The notes beneath the pieces were generated by a model that was given only the letters and a program-made list of their open reading frames with translations, did not search any database and had not been told where the DNA came from. Position numbers and translations under genes: made by a program. From assembly GCA_963759035.1 (NCBI GenBank), contig CAVWXL010000020.1, positions 3,505 through 67,504 on the forward strand: a stretch of 64,000 nt of DNA, given 5' to 3'. The DNA comes from an uncultured Gammaproteobacteria bacterium (GTDB taxonomy: Bacteria > Pseudomonadota > Gammaproteobacteria > Xanthomonadales > SZUA-36). Positions 9,562 through 19,083 of the stretch are shown here, one piece after another; within the stretch, counting starts at the first letter, position 1; every line of letters begins with the position of its first letter.

Positions 9562-10383
9562 TCAGCCGGGCTTTTCCAAATGTCCTGGGTCATGGATTGG
9601 CGCAATAACATGGTGGCTGGCAGCCGGGCGGAATACCGCCTGGTCATGATAAAAAGATTGATCCTGTGACCCGCCTGCCCACCAGCCCGGTATACCCATC
9701 AGCGGCAGGGGCGACAGATCAGCGGAACCGCGCAACATGCCATCGCGAACCAGCCCCGTGCTCAGCAGGTCGTCCAGTTTCTCTACCGTAGGGTGTTCCG
9801 GGATATACAGAACCAGGGCATGTGCTGTCATGGACTTGTAAGGATCAAGTAATTTCTCGAGGATGGCGTGGCCGCAGACCAGCACCCTCACCTCCTCCCG
9901 CCAGGCAGACCGGTGGGTAATGAAGGCCGACGGCCAGTCGCGTTCAACCAGCGACTGCAGGGCATCAGGATTGGATCCAGCCACGATCACACCGCTTTCA
10001 TCGAGCAGGGTCAGCGCATCACGAACCTTGCCCCTGCGTCCCATTTCTTCAGAGCCCCGGCTTTCATAGTGCATGGCATTCATCGCAGCCTTCAGCCGCG
10101 GGAAGCGGCACCACGCCAAAGCGTTGAACAGGTCGTGCCAATTGTCCTCGCGGGTGCTGACCCGGCCGGTCTCAAAAATTTGTTGCTCATAGTCTCCGGC
10201 GGGTAAGTCACCGGACGGGACAAACCGGATCGGCGGGCCATTGTTGCTTCTTACCCCTGGCGGCAACAGCGCATTAAGGGCAGTTGTACCCGGAAAAGCG
10301 CCATCGGGGAGCGCCTCAAGCAGATCCCGATATCCATCCCAACCGGGCAAGGCCGGGTTAAAGCGCAATTTCCAGTGTGCCAT
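9562..10383 (-). CDS. Conserved hypothetical protein, DUF3025-like
   Basis: 273-aa ORF. The segment YEQQIFETGRVSTREDNWHDLFNALAWCRFPRLKAAMNAMH resembles DUF3025 proteins from memory only. No catalytic motif recognised. Confidence 0.45.
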   Translation of the reverse strand: MAHWKLRFNPALPGWDGYRDLLEALPDGAFPGTTALNALLPPGVRSNNGPPIRFVPSGDLPAGDYEQQIFETGRVSTREDNWHDLFNALAWCRFPRLKAAMNAMHYESRGSEEMGRRGKVRDALTLLDESGVIVAGSNPDALQSLVERDWPSAFITHRSAWREEVRVLVCGHAILEKLLDPYKSMTAHALVLYIPEHPTVEKLDDLLSTGLVRDGMLRGSADLSPLPLMGIPGWWAGGSQDQSFYHDQAVFRPAASHHVIAPIHDPGHLEKPG

Positions 10384-10397
10384 TTCCTGAAGTCCGG

Positions 10398-11953
10398 CTA
10401 TTCGCCTACGACGTAGTGAGCACCCTTGCTTCTGGGATTCAATGACGCCGCATGCACCACCAATAATGCGGTTTGTACGGCATTTCGTAACTCAACCAAC
10501 GCCGGGGTAACCTGGCAGTCACGGTAGAACGACTGAATCTCCTCGCGGGCTTCCAACAGGATTCGCCGGGCCCGGGTCAGGCGGCGTGGCGAACGGACGA
10601 TTCCCGCATAATTCCACATGGTTTGCTGAACCAGGTTCAGATCCTGAGCGACCAGTGTTGGATCGGCTTCTTCACGCGGACTTTCCCAGGGCCTGGGATC
10701 CGGTAGCCGGAAATCCATCGCATCTCGATGTCCCGCGCATCAGCCAGGGCAGTAAATTTCGCACTGGTCAGGCACTCCAGCAACGAGGTGCTGGCCAGTC
10801 GGTTGGCGCCATGCAGTCCGGTACAACCCGTCTCGCCAATCGCATTGAGGTGCATGATATTACTGCGGCCTTCAAGGTCAGCATGAATCCCTCCACAGGA
10901 ATAATGCGCGGCCGGCACGACTGGAATCGGATCGCGGGTGATATCTACACCGTGCTCCAGGCAGCTTTGGTATACGGATGGGAATCGTTCGCGCAGATAG
11001 GTTCTGTCCATCGATCCCGGATCCAGGTAAACGCAGGGCTCGCCACTGTTGGCCAGTTCACGGTGGATGGCCCGGGAAACGATGTCACGAGGCGCCAGCG
11101 AGCCCTGGCGGTGGACGCCATCCATGAACGGCTCGCCATCCAAATTGACCAGCACCGCGCCTTCGCCCCTGATCGCCTCGGTGATCAGGAACCGCGGCGC
11201 ATTTTTCCCATAAAAGACCGTGGGATGAAACTGCACGTACTCGAGGTCAATCAAGCGCGCTCCAACCCGGTAAGCCATTGCCACGCCATGCCCTACCGTG
11301 CCCGGGTAATTGGTGCTGTGCTGGTAGATGTGTCCCAGTCCGCCCGTTGCCAGGATGGTCTTTCGGGCCACGATGGCGACCGGTTCACGGCAACCCTCAG
11401 GCAACACGAATGCACCGAAGCAGGTCAGCGGAGCATAGCGGTCGGAGGCATTTTCGCTGTTATGGGACAGGGTCAACAGGTCGATCGCAACGGCGCCCTG
11501 CTGCTGCTGGATTCTCGGCGTGGCAGCGACCCGCTCAGCAACGGCCGAAAGGATCGCGTGGCCGGTCAGATCCTTCGCATGGATAATCCGTCGTGCGCTG
11601 TGACCGCCTTCACGCGTGAATTCAAGACTACCGTCCTCATGACGATCGAACGGCACACCCAGGTCGTCGATCAGAAAATCACGGACGGAGGGTGGCCCTT
11701 CACGTACCAATTGATCTATCGCTGCCGGATTGGCTGTGCCATCGCTGGCTTCCAGGATGTCCGAGGCGAGCAGGCCTGAACCGGAGTCCGTATCGTAAAT
11801 GATGCCGCCTTGCGCCCAGTCGCTATTGGCCGCAGTCGGACCACCCAGCGAAAGAAGTTGCACATCCAGTCCGGCCTGCTCAGCTTGCAGCGCATAGGCA
11901 GTGCCGGCCAGTCCGGCGCCAATGACCAGGCAATCGGTGCGAATAATATCCAT
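10398..11953 (-). pseudogene. nadB: L-aspartate oxidase NadB split by one frameshift. This is either a genuine lesion or an assembly error.
   Basis: N-terminal FAD fold DCLVIGAGLAGTAYAL and fumarate-reductase/NadB core occupy the 438-aa frame. The conserved C-terminal helical domain (LPDPRPWES...QQTMWNYAGIVRSPRRLTRA...PRSKGAHYV) lies in a second frame (10398..10718). The frame switch must lie at about 10715-10745. Confidence 0.9.
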
Positions 11954-12036
11954 GCAAACGGACGTTACCGGCTTCCTTGGGCCGCGTCAAAATACTGTAG
12001 AATTCTATGCGCACATTTCCACCCCGGATTCACTGA

Positions 12037-12954
12037 ATGGACAGATCAACCAGACCCCCGCGTTCGCCTTACACACGCCGTTCAACTGCCACCCAGGTGA
12101 CCGACGGTCTTGACCTTCATGGCAAAACTGTTTTGATCACCGGCTGCAATTCCGGACTTGGACTGGAGACCATGCGCGTGCTGACCGGCCTCGGCGCGCA
12201 GATGATCGGCGCTGCCCGCACCCTGAAAAAAGCACGCAAAGCCGCGATAGAAACAGGCGGCGAAGTAATCCCCGTGGCCTGTGAACTCAGCGATCTCGAA
12301 TCCGTTGCCGCCTGCGCAGATGAAATAGATGCATTGGGACGGCCCATCGACGCGTTGATCTGCAACGCCGGCATCATGGCACTGCCGGAACTGGAGCAGA
12401 GGTACGGATTGGAAATGCAGTTCCTGACTAACCACCTGGGCCATTTCGTCCTGGTCAACCGCCTGCTCGAACGGGTCAGGCAGGCCCGTGCCGGTCGTGT
12501 CGTGATGGTCTCCAGCCTGGGACACTACACAACCGTCGCCGGCGGGATCAACTTTGAAAATCTCTCCGGTGAAAAGCGATACGTGCCATTCAATTTCTAC
12601 GGCCAGTCCAAGCTGGCCAACCTGTTAATGTCCAACGAGCTGGCCCGGCGGCTTGAGGGGTGCAGGGCCACTTCGAATGCCATTCATCCCGGCATTATCA
12701 TGACACCGCTGGTGCGCAACATCGGCAACCTGAGGGCTACGCTGACCAACATCGTCAGTTGGCCCGTTAGCCGCAGTGTTGAACAAGGCGCAGCAACCCA
12801 GTGCTACGTGGCCACCGCACCTGCGCTGGAAGGTGTCAGCGGGCATTATTTCGCAAACTGCAATCCGGCCCGGATGAGCGCCCATGCCCAAAGCCGTGAA
12901 CTGGCTGCGAGGCTGTGGTCCGTTTCGGAAGATTTGGCTGCCGACTACTTGTAG
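12037..12954 (+). CDS. Short-chain dehydrogenase/reductase (retinol-dehydrogenase-like SDR)
   Basis: GKTVLITGCNSGLGLET Rossmann motif, NAGI, and a YxxSK-type catalytic segment (YGQSKLAN). Confidence 0.85.
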   Translation: MDRSTRPPRSPYTRRSTATQVTDGLDLHGKTVLITGCNSGLGLETMRVLTGLGAQMIGAARTLKKARKAAIETGGEVIPVACELSDLESVAACADEIDALGRPIDALICNAGIMALPELEQRYGLEMQFLTNHLGHFVLVNRLLERVRQARAGRVVMVSSLGHYTTVAGGINFENLSGEKRYVPFNFYGQSKLANLLMSNELARRLEGCRATSNAIHPGIIMTPLVRNIGNLRATLTNIVSWPVSRSVEQGAATQCYVATAPALEGVSGHYFANCNPARMSAHAQSRELAARLWSVSEDLAADYL

Positions 12955-13044
12955 CAATGCGCCGAGCAAGCGAAACTAACCTTTGCACACTCATCGAATA
13001 GTCGATTCGCGGGCAATGCCCGCACTAAAATTGAGGGTTTACTC

Positions 13045-14688
13045 ATGGCAATGCACCCACTGGCTGGCAAGCCGGCTCCCGAATCCCTGCTGGAAAACAT
13101 TCCACGGCTGATCGCCGCTTATTACAGCCTGGTCCCCGATGCGACAGAGCACGCCCACCAGGTCACCTTCGGCACGTCCGGACATCGCGGTTGTTCACTC
13201 AACCATACGTTTAACGAGGCCCATATCCTGGCGATCAGCCAGGCCGTCTGCGAGTACCGCGCTGCCAATGGAGTTTCGGGACCCCTGTACCTGGGCATGG
13301 ACACGCACGCTCTGTCGGAGCCGGCCCTGATCAGCGCGGTTGAAGTATTCGCGGCCAACAGCGTCGAGGTGATGATTGACGCCGGCTATGGTTACACACC
13401 AACGCCGGTCATTTCACACGCCATCCTGGGCCACAACCGGGAGCACAGCGGCCTTAAGGCGGACGGCGTGGTGATTACACCCTCGCATAACCCGCCCCGG
13501 GATGGCGGCTTCAAATACAACCCACCGAATGGCGGCCCGGCGGATACCGGTATCACCGACCAGATCCAGCAACGCGCCAACCAATTGATGGCCGAACCGG
13601 CTGCGATTCGGCGCACACCCTGGGAGCGCGCCCTGAAGCTGGACAACGTACATCATCACGACTACATCAGTCCTTATGTTGACGATCTGGGCAGTGTGCT
13701 GGATATGGAAATCATCCGGGATTCCGGCATTCACATCGGGGCCGACCCGATGGGTGGGTCAGGCATCGCCTACTGGGAACCCATCGCCGAAAAATACGGG
13801 CTCAACCTGGACATGGTCAGCAAGAGCGTGGACCCGACCTTCCGTTTCATGTGCGTGGACAAGGACGGCCAGATCCGCATGGACTGCTCCTCGCCAGCGG
13901 CGATGGCCGGCTTGATTGGCCTGAAAGACAGCTACGACATTGCGTTTGGTAACGACACCGATTTCGACCGCCACGGAATCGTCACACCCAGCGCGGGCTT
14001 GATGAACCCCAACCATTACCTGGCCGTTGCGATCTCCTACCTGTTTGCCAACCGCTCCGGCTGGCGGGAAGATGCTGCAATCGGAAAAACCCTGGTCAGC
14101 AGCAGCATGATTGACCGGATCGCACAGACCAGCGGCAGAAAAATGAGCGAGGTACCGGTTGGCTTCAAATGGTTTGTGGACGGCTTGCTGGACGGCTCAT
14201 ATGGATTTGGCGGGGAAGAAAGTGCCGGCGCCTCGTTCCTTCGCAAGGACGGCACCGTCTGGACTACCGACAAGGACGGCATCATCATGGACCTGCTGGC
14301 AGCCGAAATAACGGCCCGCACCGGCCGTGATCCGGCCGAACATTACCGGGACCTGACCGAACGATTCGGGACACCTGTCTACGAGCGGCTGGACGCGCCG
14401 GCCAGCCCCGCGGAAAAGGCTATCCTGAAAGAACTGTCGCCGGAACAGGTGACGGCCACCGAACTCGCCGGCGAAGTGATTACGGCCCGGCTAACCCGGG
14501 CACCTGGCAACGATGCCGCGATTGGCGGGCTCAAGGTGGTTACTGAAAACGGCTGGTTTGCAGCACGGCCATCCGGAACAGAAGATATTTATAAAATCTA
14601 TGCCGAAAGCTTCAGGGGCCAGGATCACCTGAAGCAAATACAGGTGGAAGCGCGTGATATCGTTGCGGCAGCCCTGAGCGGAGACTGA
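13045..14688 (+). CDS. pgm: Phosphoglucomutase, alpha-D-glucose-phosphate specific
   Basis: 547 aa. Contains TSGHRG, the active-site loop [22 protein letters not shown] and GGEESAG motifs. Collinear with enterobacterial Pgm. Confidence 0.93.
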   Translation: MAMHPLAGKPAPESLLENIPRLIAAYYSLVPDATEHAHQVTFGTSGHRGCSLNHTFNEAHILAISQAVCEYRAANGVSGPLYLGMDTHALSEPALISAVEVFAANSVEVMIDAGYGYTPTPVISHAILGHNREHSGLKADGVVITPSHNPPRDGGFKYNPPNGGPADTGITDQIQQRANQLMAEPAAIRRTPWERALKLDNVHHHDYISPYVDDLGSVLDMEIIRDSGIHIGADPMGGSGIAYWEPIAEKYGLNLDMVSKSVDPTFRFMCVDKDGQIRMDCSSPAAMAGLIGLKDSYDIAFGNDTDFDRHGIVTPSAGLMNPNHYLAVAISYLFANRSGWREDAAIGKTLVSSSMIDRIAQTSGRKMSEVPVGFKWFVDGLLDGSYGFGGEESAGASFLRKDGTVWTTDKDGIIMDLLAAEITARTGRDPAEHYRDLTERFGTPVYERLDAPASPAEKAILKELSPEQVTATELAGEVITARLTRAPGNDAAIGGLKVVTENGWFAARPSGTEDIYKIYAESFRGQDHLKQIQVEARDIVAAALSGD

Positions 14689-14690
14689 CC

Positions 14691-15566
14691 ATGAAATGGA
14701 AAGGCAGAAGAAAAAGCACCAACGTGATAGACAGCCGCGGCAAGCGGACAGCCGCTACCGGGGCCGGAGCGGGGATGCTTCTGAATTTCGTGGGCCGCCG
14801 TTTTGGCATCAAGGGCATCCTGATCATGATCGTCGTGGTCGGGGTGTTGTGGATGACCGGCCTGGTCGATCCGAGCATGTTCCTGGGCGGCCAAACCGCC
14901 AGCCAGACAGTCCCTTACGAGCCCAGTCCCGAGAACCAGGAACGCTTTGATTTCGTCATGGTGGTCCTGGCCGATACCGAGGACATCTGGCAGGCTGAAT
15001 TCAACCGGCATGGCGAAAACTACCAGGTACCACAACTCGAAATTTACACGGACAGAATCAATACCGCCTGCGGTGCAGGGAGTGCGCAGATGGGGCCTTT
15101 CTACTGCCCGGGGGACCGCAAGGTATACATCGATTTAGGTTTTTACGACGAACTGGAGCGCTCTTTCCAGGCGCCCGGTGACTTTGCCCAGGCTTACGTG
15201 ATCGCCCACGAAGTCGGGCATCACATTCAGACTCTGCTGGGCACGTCACAGAAAGTGCATGCCAGACGCGGGCAACCGGACTATAACGAATGGTCCGTCA
15301 GGCTGGAACTTCAGGCCGACTACTACGCCGGGGTATGGGCGCGTAACAACCAGCGCTACCTGGACCGGGGTGATATCGAGGAGGCCTTGACGGCGGCCAA
15401 CGCGATCGGCGACGACTCGATCCAGGGCAGAACGCGGGGCAAAGTGGTTCCGCACACCTTCACCCACGGCACATCCGAGCAGCGCATGCGCTGGTTCAAC
15501 AAGGGTCTCCAGAGCGGCCGGATCGAGGACGGCGATACATTTTCAATGCCGTATGATCAGCTTTAG
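14691..15566 (+). CDS. ypfJ: YpfJ-family neutral zinc metallopeptidase
   Basis: N-terminal TM segment, HEVGHH zinc motif and family-typical QADYYAGVW / GTSEQRMRWF segments. Confidence 0.8.
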   Translation: MKWKGRRKSTNVIDSRGKRTAATGAGAGMLLNFVGRRFGIKGILIMIVVVGVLWMTGLVDPSMFLGGQTASQTVPYEPSPENQERFDFVMVVLADTEDIWQAEFNRHGENYQVPQLEIYTDRINTACGAGSAQMGPFYCPGDRKVYIDLGFYDELERSFQAPGDFAQAYVIAHEVGHHIQTLLGTSQKVHARRGQPDYNEWSVRLELQADYYAGVWARNNQRYLDRGDIEEALTAANAIGDDSIQGRTRGKVVPHTFTHGTSEQRMRWFNKGLQSGRIEDGDTFSMPYDQL

Positions 15567-16333
15567 AGCGAGGTTTGGAAGCTGAACCCTGAAGTGCCGG
15601 TGGCCTGTCCCTGAGAATTGAACTGGCGCTCCAGGAACTGTACGCGACCTTCCCGGCCGATCATCACGACCGTTGAACAGCGGGTGCCATATACAGGTGA
15701 CACGATAAAGTAGTGTTTCATCAACCGCTCCGGCGCCAGGCTCGCTTCGATGTTTTCAGGCATCGTTCCAGGCGTCAGTGTTTTGTCGGTCAGTAGTTCG
15801 AACAAGGCTTCTGCCTCCAGTGTTTCATCCTGCAACAACAGGTCCAGGCGTTCACGACCGGAAATAATTTTAGGCCAGCCGGTATCCAGCAGGTGATTGC
15901 TCAAGCCGTGACTGCCGGCAGCGACCGGCACGGCTTTCTCACTGCGATTCGAGACATAGGCCAGTTCCCCCGCTGCACCCAGCAACAGGTTGAACCCCTG
16001 GTAAGCGGGGCCGGCTTTGTGTACGTTCCCGGCATGCTTCAACGGCATTCCTCCTGACTTCAGAAAATCACTGACCAGGTGACCGCGGGAACGCTCCGGA
16101 GAATGCCCGGGCGCAAGAGGTTCACGGTAGTTGGTAATCGCGGCAAACCGCCCCGAGCGGGTCAGGCCCAGCCAGGTTCCGCCGGCCTCAAGGTCCCGGC
16201 CCGCAAGGATATCCGGATCATCTTCCCAGAAATCTGCTGTAGCGGATGGCCGCTGGTGGAATTCGTCCCGATTCGCCGCCACGACCAGCGAATAGCGTGG
16301 ATGGGATTGCCAGGCAAAGAGTATCAGGCACAT
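15563..16333 (-). CDS. NRDE-family protein (TANGO2/DUF833-like)
   Basis: N-terminus MCLILFAW...VVAANRDEF with the eponymous NRDE motif. 256 aa. Confidence 0.8.
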   Translation of the reverse strand: MCLILFAWQSHPRYSLVVAANRDEFHQRPSATADFWEDDPDILAGRDLEAGGTWLGLTRSGRFAAITNYREPLAPGHSPERSRGHLVSDFLKSGGMPLKHAGNVHKAGPAYQGFNLLLGAAGELAYVSNRSEKAVPVAAGSHGLSNHLLDTGWPKIISGRERLDLLLQDETLEAEALFELLTDKTLTPGTMPENIEASLAPERLMKHYFIVSPVYGTRCSTVVMIGREGRVQFLERQFNSQGQATGTSGFSFQTSL

Positions 16334-16416
16334 AAGAAGTCCTGCTCACAAAGAATAATCTTGCGGTATGTACTATAAAGCACACAATCAATAAAAAGGG
16401 CAGGAGTAGAATAATA

Positions 16417-17703
16417 ATGAAAAATCCCGGTTGGTTTCTGTCCACCAGTTCGAAAACCCGTTACTCAACGGGTGCTCTGGCCTATTTCGCACAGGGGATA
16501 CCGCAAGGCTTGCTTCACATCTCTTTACCGGCCTGGCTGGCGGTGGAAGGGGTCTCGGCCGCAAGAATTGCCGCATACCTTGGCGTGATCATGCTGCCAT
16601 GGGCCTTCAAGCTCTTGGTCGGCCCCTTGATGGACCACTTTGAATTCCTGCCGATGGGTACCCGCAGGCCATGGGTGCTGGGAGCCCAGGCCGGCATGGT
16701 GGCCAGCCTGCTGGCCCTGATGTGGATTAATGATCCAGCGGCCCAAATCGGAGCGTTAACCGCCATCGGCTTCATGATCAATGCCTTCACAGCGACACAG
16801 GACGTGGCCGTCGACGGCATGTCCATTGACCTGGTTCCGGTAGAGGAAGAAGGGCGCCTGAACGCCTTTATGAGCTTCGGAAAATCCGTGGGTTGGGCTA
16901 TCACCGCGGCGGTCACAGGTAGCTTGCTGGTAATTTACGGCATGCAGGTCACCGCCATTGTTTGCGCTATCACCGCGGCGGCCGTATTCGTGTTCCTGGT
17001 CATGGTGCGTGAACGGCACACAGAACGCCTTTTTCCCTGGTCGGAAGGTGAGGCGTCGCCAAAAAATGCACCGCCGCCCTCACTCAAACAGGTTTTCCTG
17101 AATCTGAATCACGTGCTCTGGACACGGGCCAGCCTGATCGTCATGACCATCATGTTTATTGACGGCATGGTGAGTGGTTATGGCCGTGCATTGATGACGA
17201 TTGCAGCCGTTCAGGTTTTCGATTTCACCACGCCTCAATGGTCAGACCTGAATGCCGTCATGGGCTTGACCGGCGCCGTCATCGCACTGGCGCTCGGGCC
17301 TCTCATCGACCGTTTCGGCGCGAAAAAGATAATGGGACTGACCATTTTCCTGACCGGGATTCATGCGTTCACGCTGGCTGGCACACAGGAGATGTGGCAA
17401 AACAGCACGTATGTGCTGGTGATGATGTCCTTATGGGTGATGTTGCTGCCCGTGATCATGGTCTGCGCACTGGCCCTTGCCATGAGCATCTGCTCACACG
17501 TCGCGTCGGCAACGCAGTTTGCGATATACATGTCCATTTCGAACCTGGGCGCGACGCTGGGTTCCATGTTCTACAGCATGCTGTCGGGCTATACCAGCTG
17601 GCCGCAAAACTATGCCGTGAAAGGTCTGTTGGTGTTCCTGCTCATGCTGGCCATCCTGATGTTCCGCTCGCACGGACACCCGGAGGAGTTACTGGAAGAC
17701 TAG
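16417..17703 (+). CDS. MFS transporter, PAT/AmpG-like family
   Basis: 428 aa with about 12 hydrophobic helices. LPWAFKLLVGPLMDHF...RRPWVLGAQ resembles the AmpG-type signature. Confidence 0.7.
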   Translation: MKNPGWFLSTSSKTRYSTGALAYFAQGIPQGLLHISLPAWLAVEGVSAARIAAYLGVIMLPWAFKLLVGPLMDHFEFLPMGTRRPWVLGAQAGMVASLLALMWINDPAAQIGALTAIGFMINAFTATQDVAVDGMSIDLVPVEEEGRLNAFMSFGKSVGWAITAAVTGSLLVIYGMQVTAIVCAITAAAVFVFLVMVRERHTERLFPWSEGEASPKNAPPPSLKQVFLNLNHVLWTRASLIVMTIMFIDGMVSGYGRALMTIAAVQVFDFTTPQWSDLNAVMGLTGAVIALALGPLIDRFGAKKIMGLTIFLTGIHAFTLAGTQEMWQNSTYVLVMMSLWVMLLPVIMVCALALAMSICSHVASATQFAIYMSISNLGATLGSMFYSMLSGYTSWPQNYAVKGLLVFLLMLAILMFRSHGHPEELLED

Positions 17704-17709
17704 CGGTCT

Positions 17710-18042
17710 CTACTGACGGGAGAAATATTCGCCCAGCGCTACCCTGTCCTCTGCGCTCAGGACGTTGGCGATATTGCACATATTCAGAGGCGTTTTAGGC
17801 CGGTCTCCGTACCGGTAGGTCGTGGTAGTGCAGTGCCGTTCATAGAAATAAAACTCTTCCAGTGAATTAGTGAGCTCGGCCGCATCCATTCCGGCCAGTG
17901 AGGGAATGTCATCTTCGGTGGATACTCCGCCCGGGCCGTGGCACGCTTCACACTCCTGAATCTGGGTTTGTAAATCCTGCGCTGCAGCATTTGTTGCCAC
18001 CATGAGCAGCAATGCCATCACGGTGTATCTAAGGATCTGCAT
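17710..18042 (-). CDS. Small periplasmic c-type cytochrome
   Basis: Signal peptide (ATNAAAQ) and one CEACH haem-binding site. Confidence 0.75.
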   Translation of the reverse strand: MQILRYTVMALLLMVATNAAAQDLQTQIQECEACHGPGGVSTEDDIPSLAGMDAAELTNSLEEFYFYERHCTTTTYRYGDRPKTPLNMCNIANVLSAEDRVALGEYFSRQ

Positions 18043-18085
18043 ATCACCCTCCTGTTCAGTCAGCTACCTTTACTACTATACGCCA

Positions 18086-18955
18086 CTAAGCTTTTTGACT
18101 GAATGCATTGGCGAAAAAGCTGAGACTGCGTTGCCACGCCAGGGTGGCTGCTGCCGCATCGTAGCGCGCCTCGCTGGAGTCGTTGTGGAAGCCATGGCTG
18201 GTACCCGGATACATGTTCAGGCTATAGGCAATCGCATTCTCGTCAAGCAATGTTCTGAATTCCGGAATCCCGGCATTGATGCGCGCGTCATTGCCGGCGT
18301 AATGCATCATCAGCGGGACGTTCACCCTGCCGACGTCTTCTGCGCCCAGCGGGCTGCCGTAAAAACACACAGCACCGGCTGTCGCCGTCTCTCTCGCGGC
18401 ACACAGAAGTGCAACGCCACCGCCATAGCAGAACCCCACCGCTGCGACCTGGCCCGTGCAATCTTCCCGCGCCGCCAGGTATGGAACGCCGGCAATCACA
18501 TCTTCAGTAATGCGCGCCCGGTCTGATTCCCGGAACAGGTCCCGGGCCGCTTCCTGGTCGGCCGGAGCGCCGCCGGCATAGGTCAGGCCATCCGGCGCCA
18601 GGGCCAGGTAGCCGGCCAGTGCCGCGCGCCGGGCAACGTCCTCGATGTGCTGGTTAAGCCCCCGGTTTTCGTGGATGACAAGGACACCCGGCAACCGACC
18701 GGCAGTTCCGGCTGGTTTTGCCATATAGGCACGAACCGGCCCGTTTCCGGAATCGTACTCGACGTACCCCGTCTCCAGCCGCGGATCGTCCAGGGGCACT
18801 TGTTGGCCCCATGCATAGTTGGGCTCCAGCATCGGAAGCAGTGCACTTGCCGCAGCGGCGCCGCCTGCTATGCCGGCCAACTTTTTCAGAAAAGACCGCC
18901 GCGGCAGTTCGCCGTGAACGTACTCGTTGTACAGGTCGATTGCTTTCTGGTCCAT
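18086..18955 (-). CDS. Dienelactone hydrolase family protein, Tat-exported
   Basis: Twin-arginine leader (PRRSFLKKLAGIAGGAAAASALLP). DLH-type alpha/beta-hydrolase core (VLVIHENRGLN, GFCYGGG). Confidence 0.8.
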   Translation of the reverse strand: MDQKAIDLYNEYVHGELPRRSFLKKLAGIAGGAAAASALLPMLEPNYAWGQQVPLDDPRLETGYVEYDSGNGPVRAYMAKPAGTAGRLPGVLVIHENRGLNQHIEDVARRAALAGYLALAPDGLTYAGGAPADQEAARDLFRESDRARITEDVIAGVPYLAAREDCTGQVAAVGFCYGGGVALLCAARETATAGAVCFYGSPLGAEDVGRVNVPLMMHYAGNDARINAGIPEFRTLLDENAIAYSLNMYPGTSHGFHNDSSEARYDAAAATLAWQRSLSFFANAFSQKA

Positions 18956-19083
18956 GTGGTCTCCTCGTGATTCAGTCCTTGTAGCAGGAGGATATCAACT
19001 CGGTAGATTCAATGAAATGAAAAAAAGGTTATCCTGCTGGGATGCCTGAACCGGGCATCAACACCCTGAGAGGTTTTTCCGAA

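Noticed and set aside
13009-13023. GCGGGC-AAT-GCCCGC hairpin after the SDR gene, a possible terminator
   Set aside because: The stem is short (6 bp) and no U-tract follows, so it cannot be supported as an intrinsic terminator.
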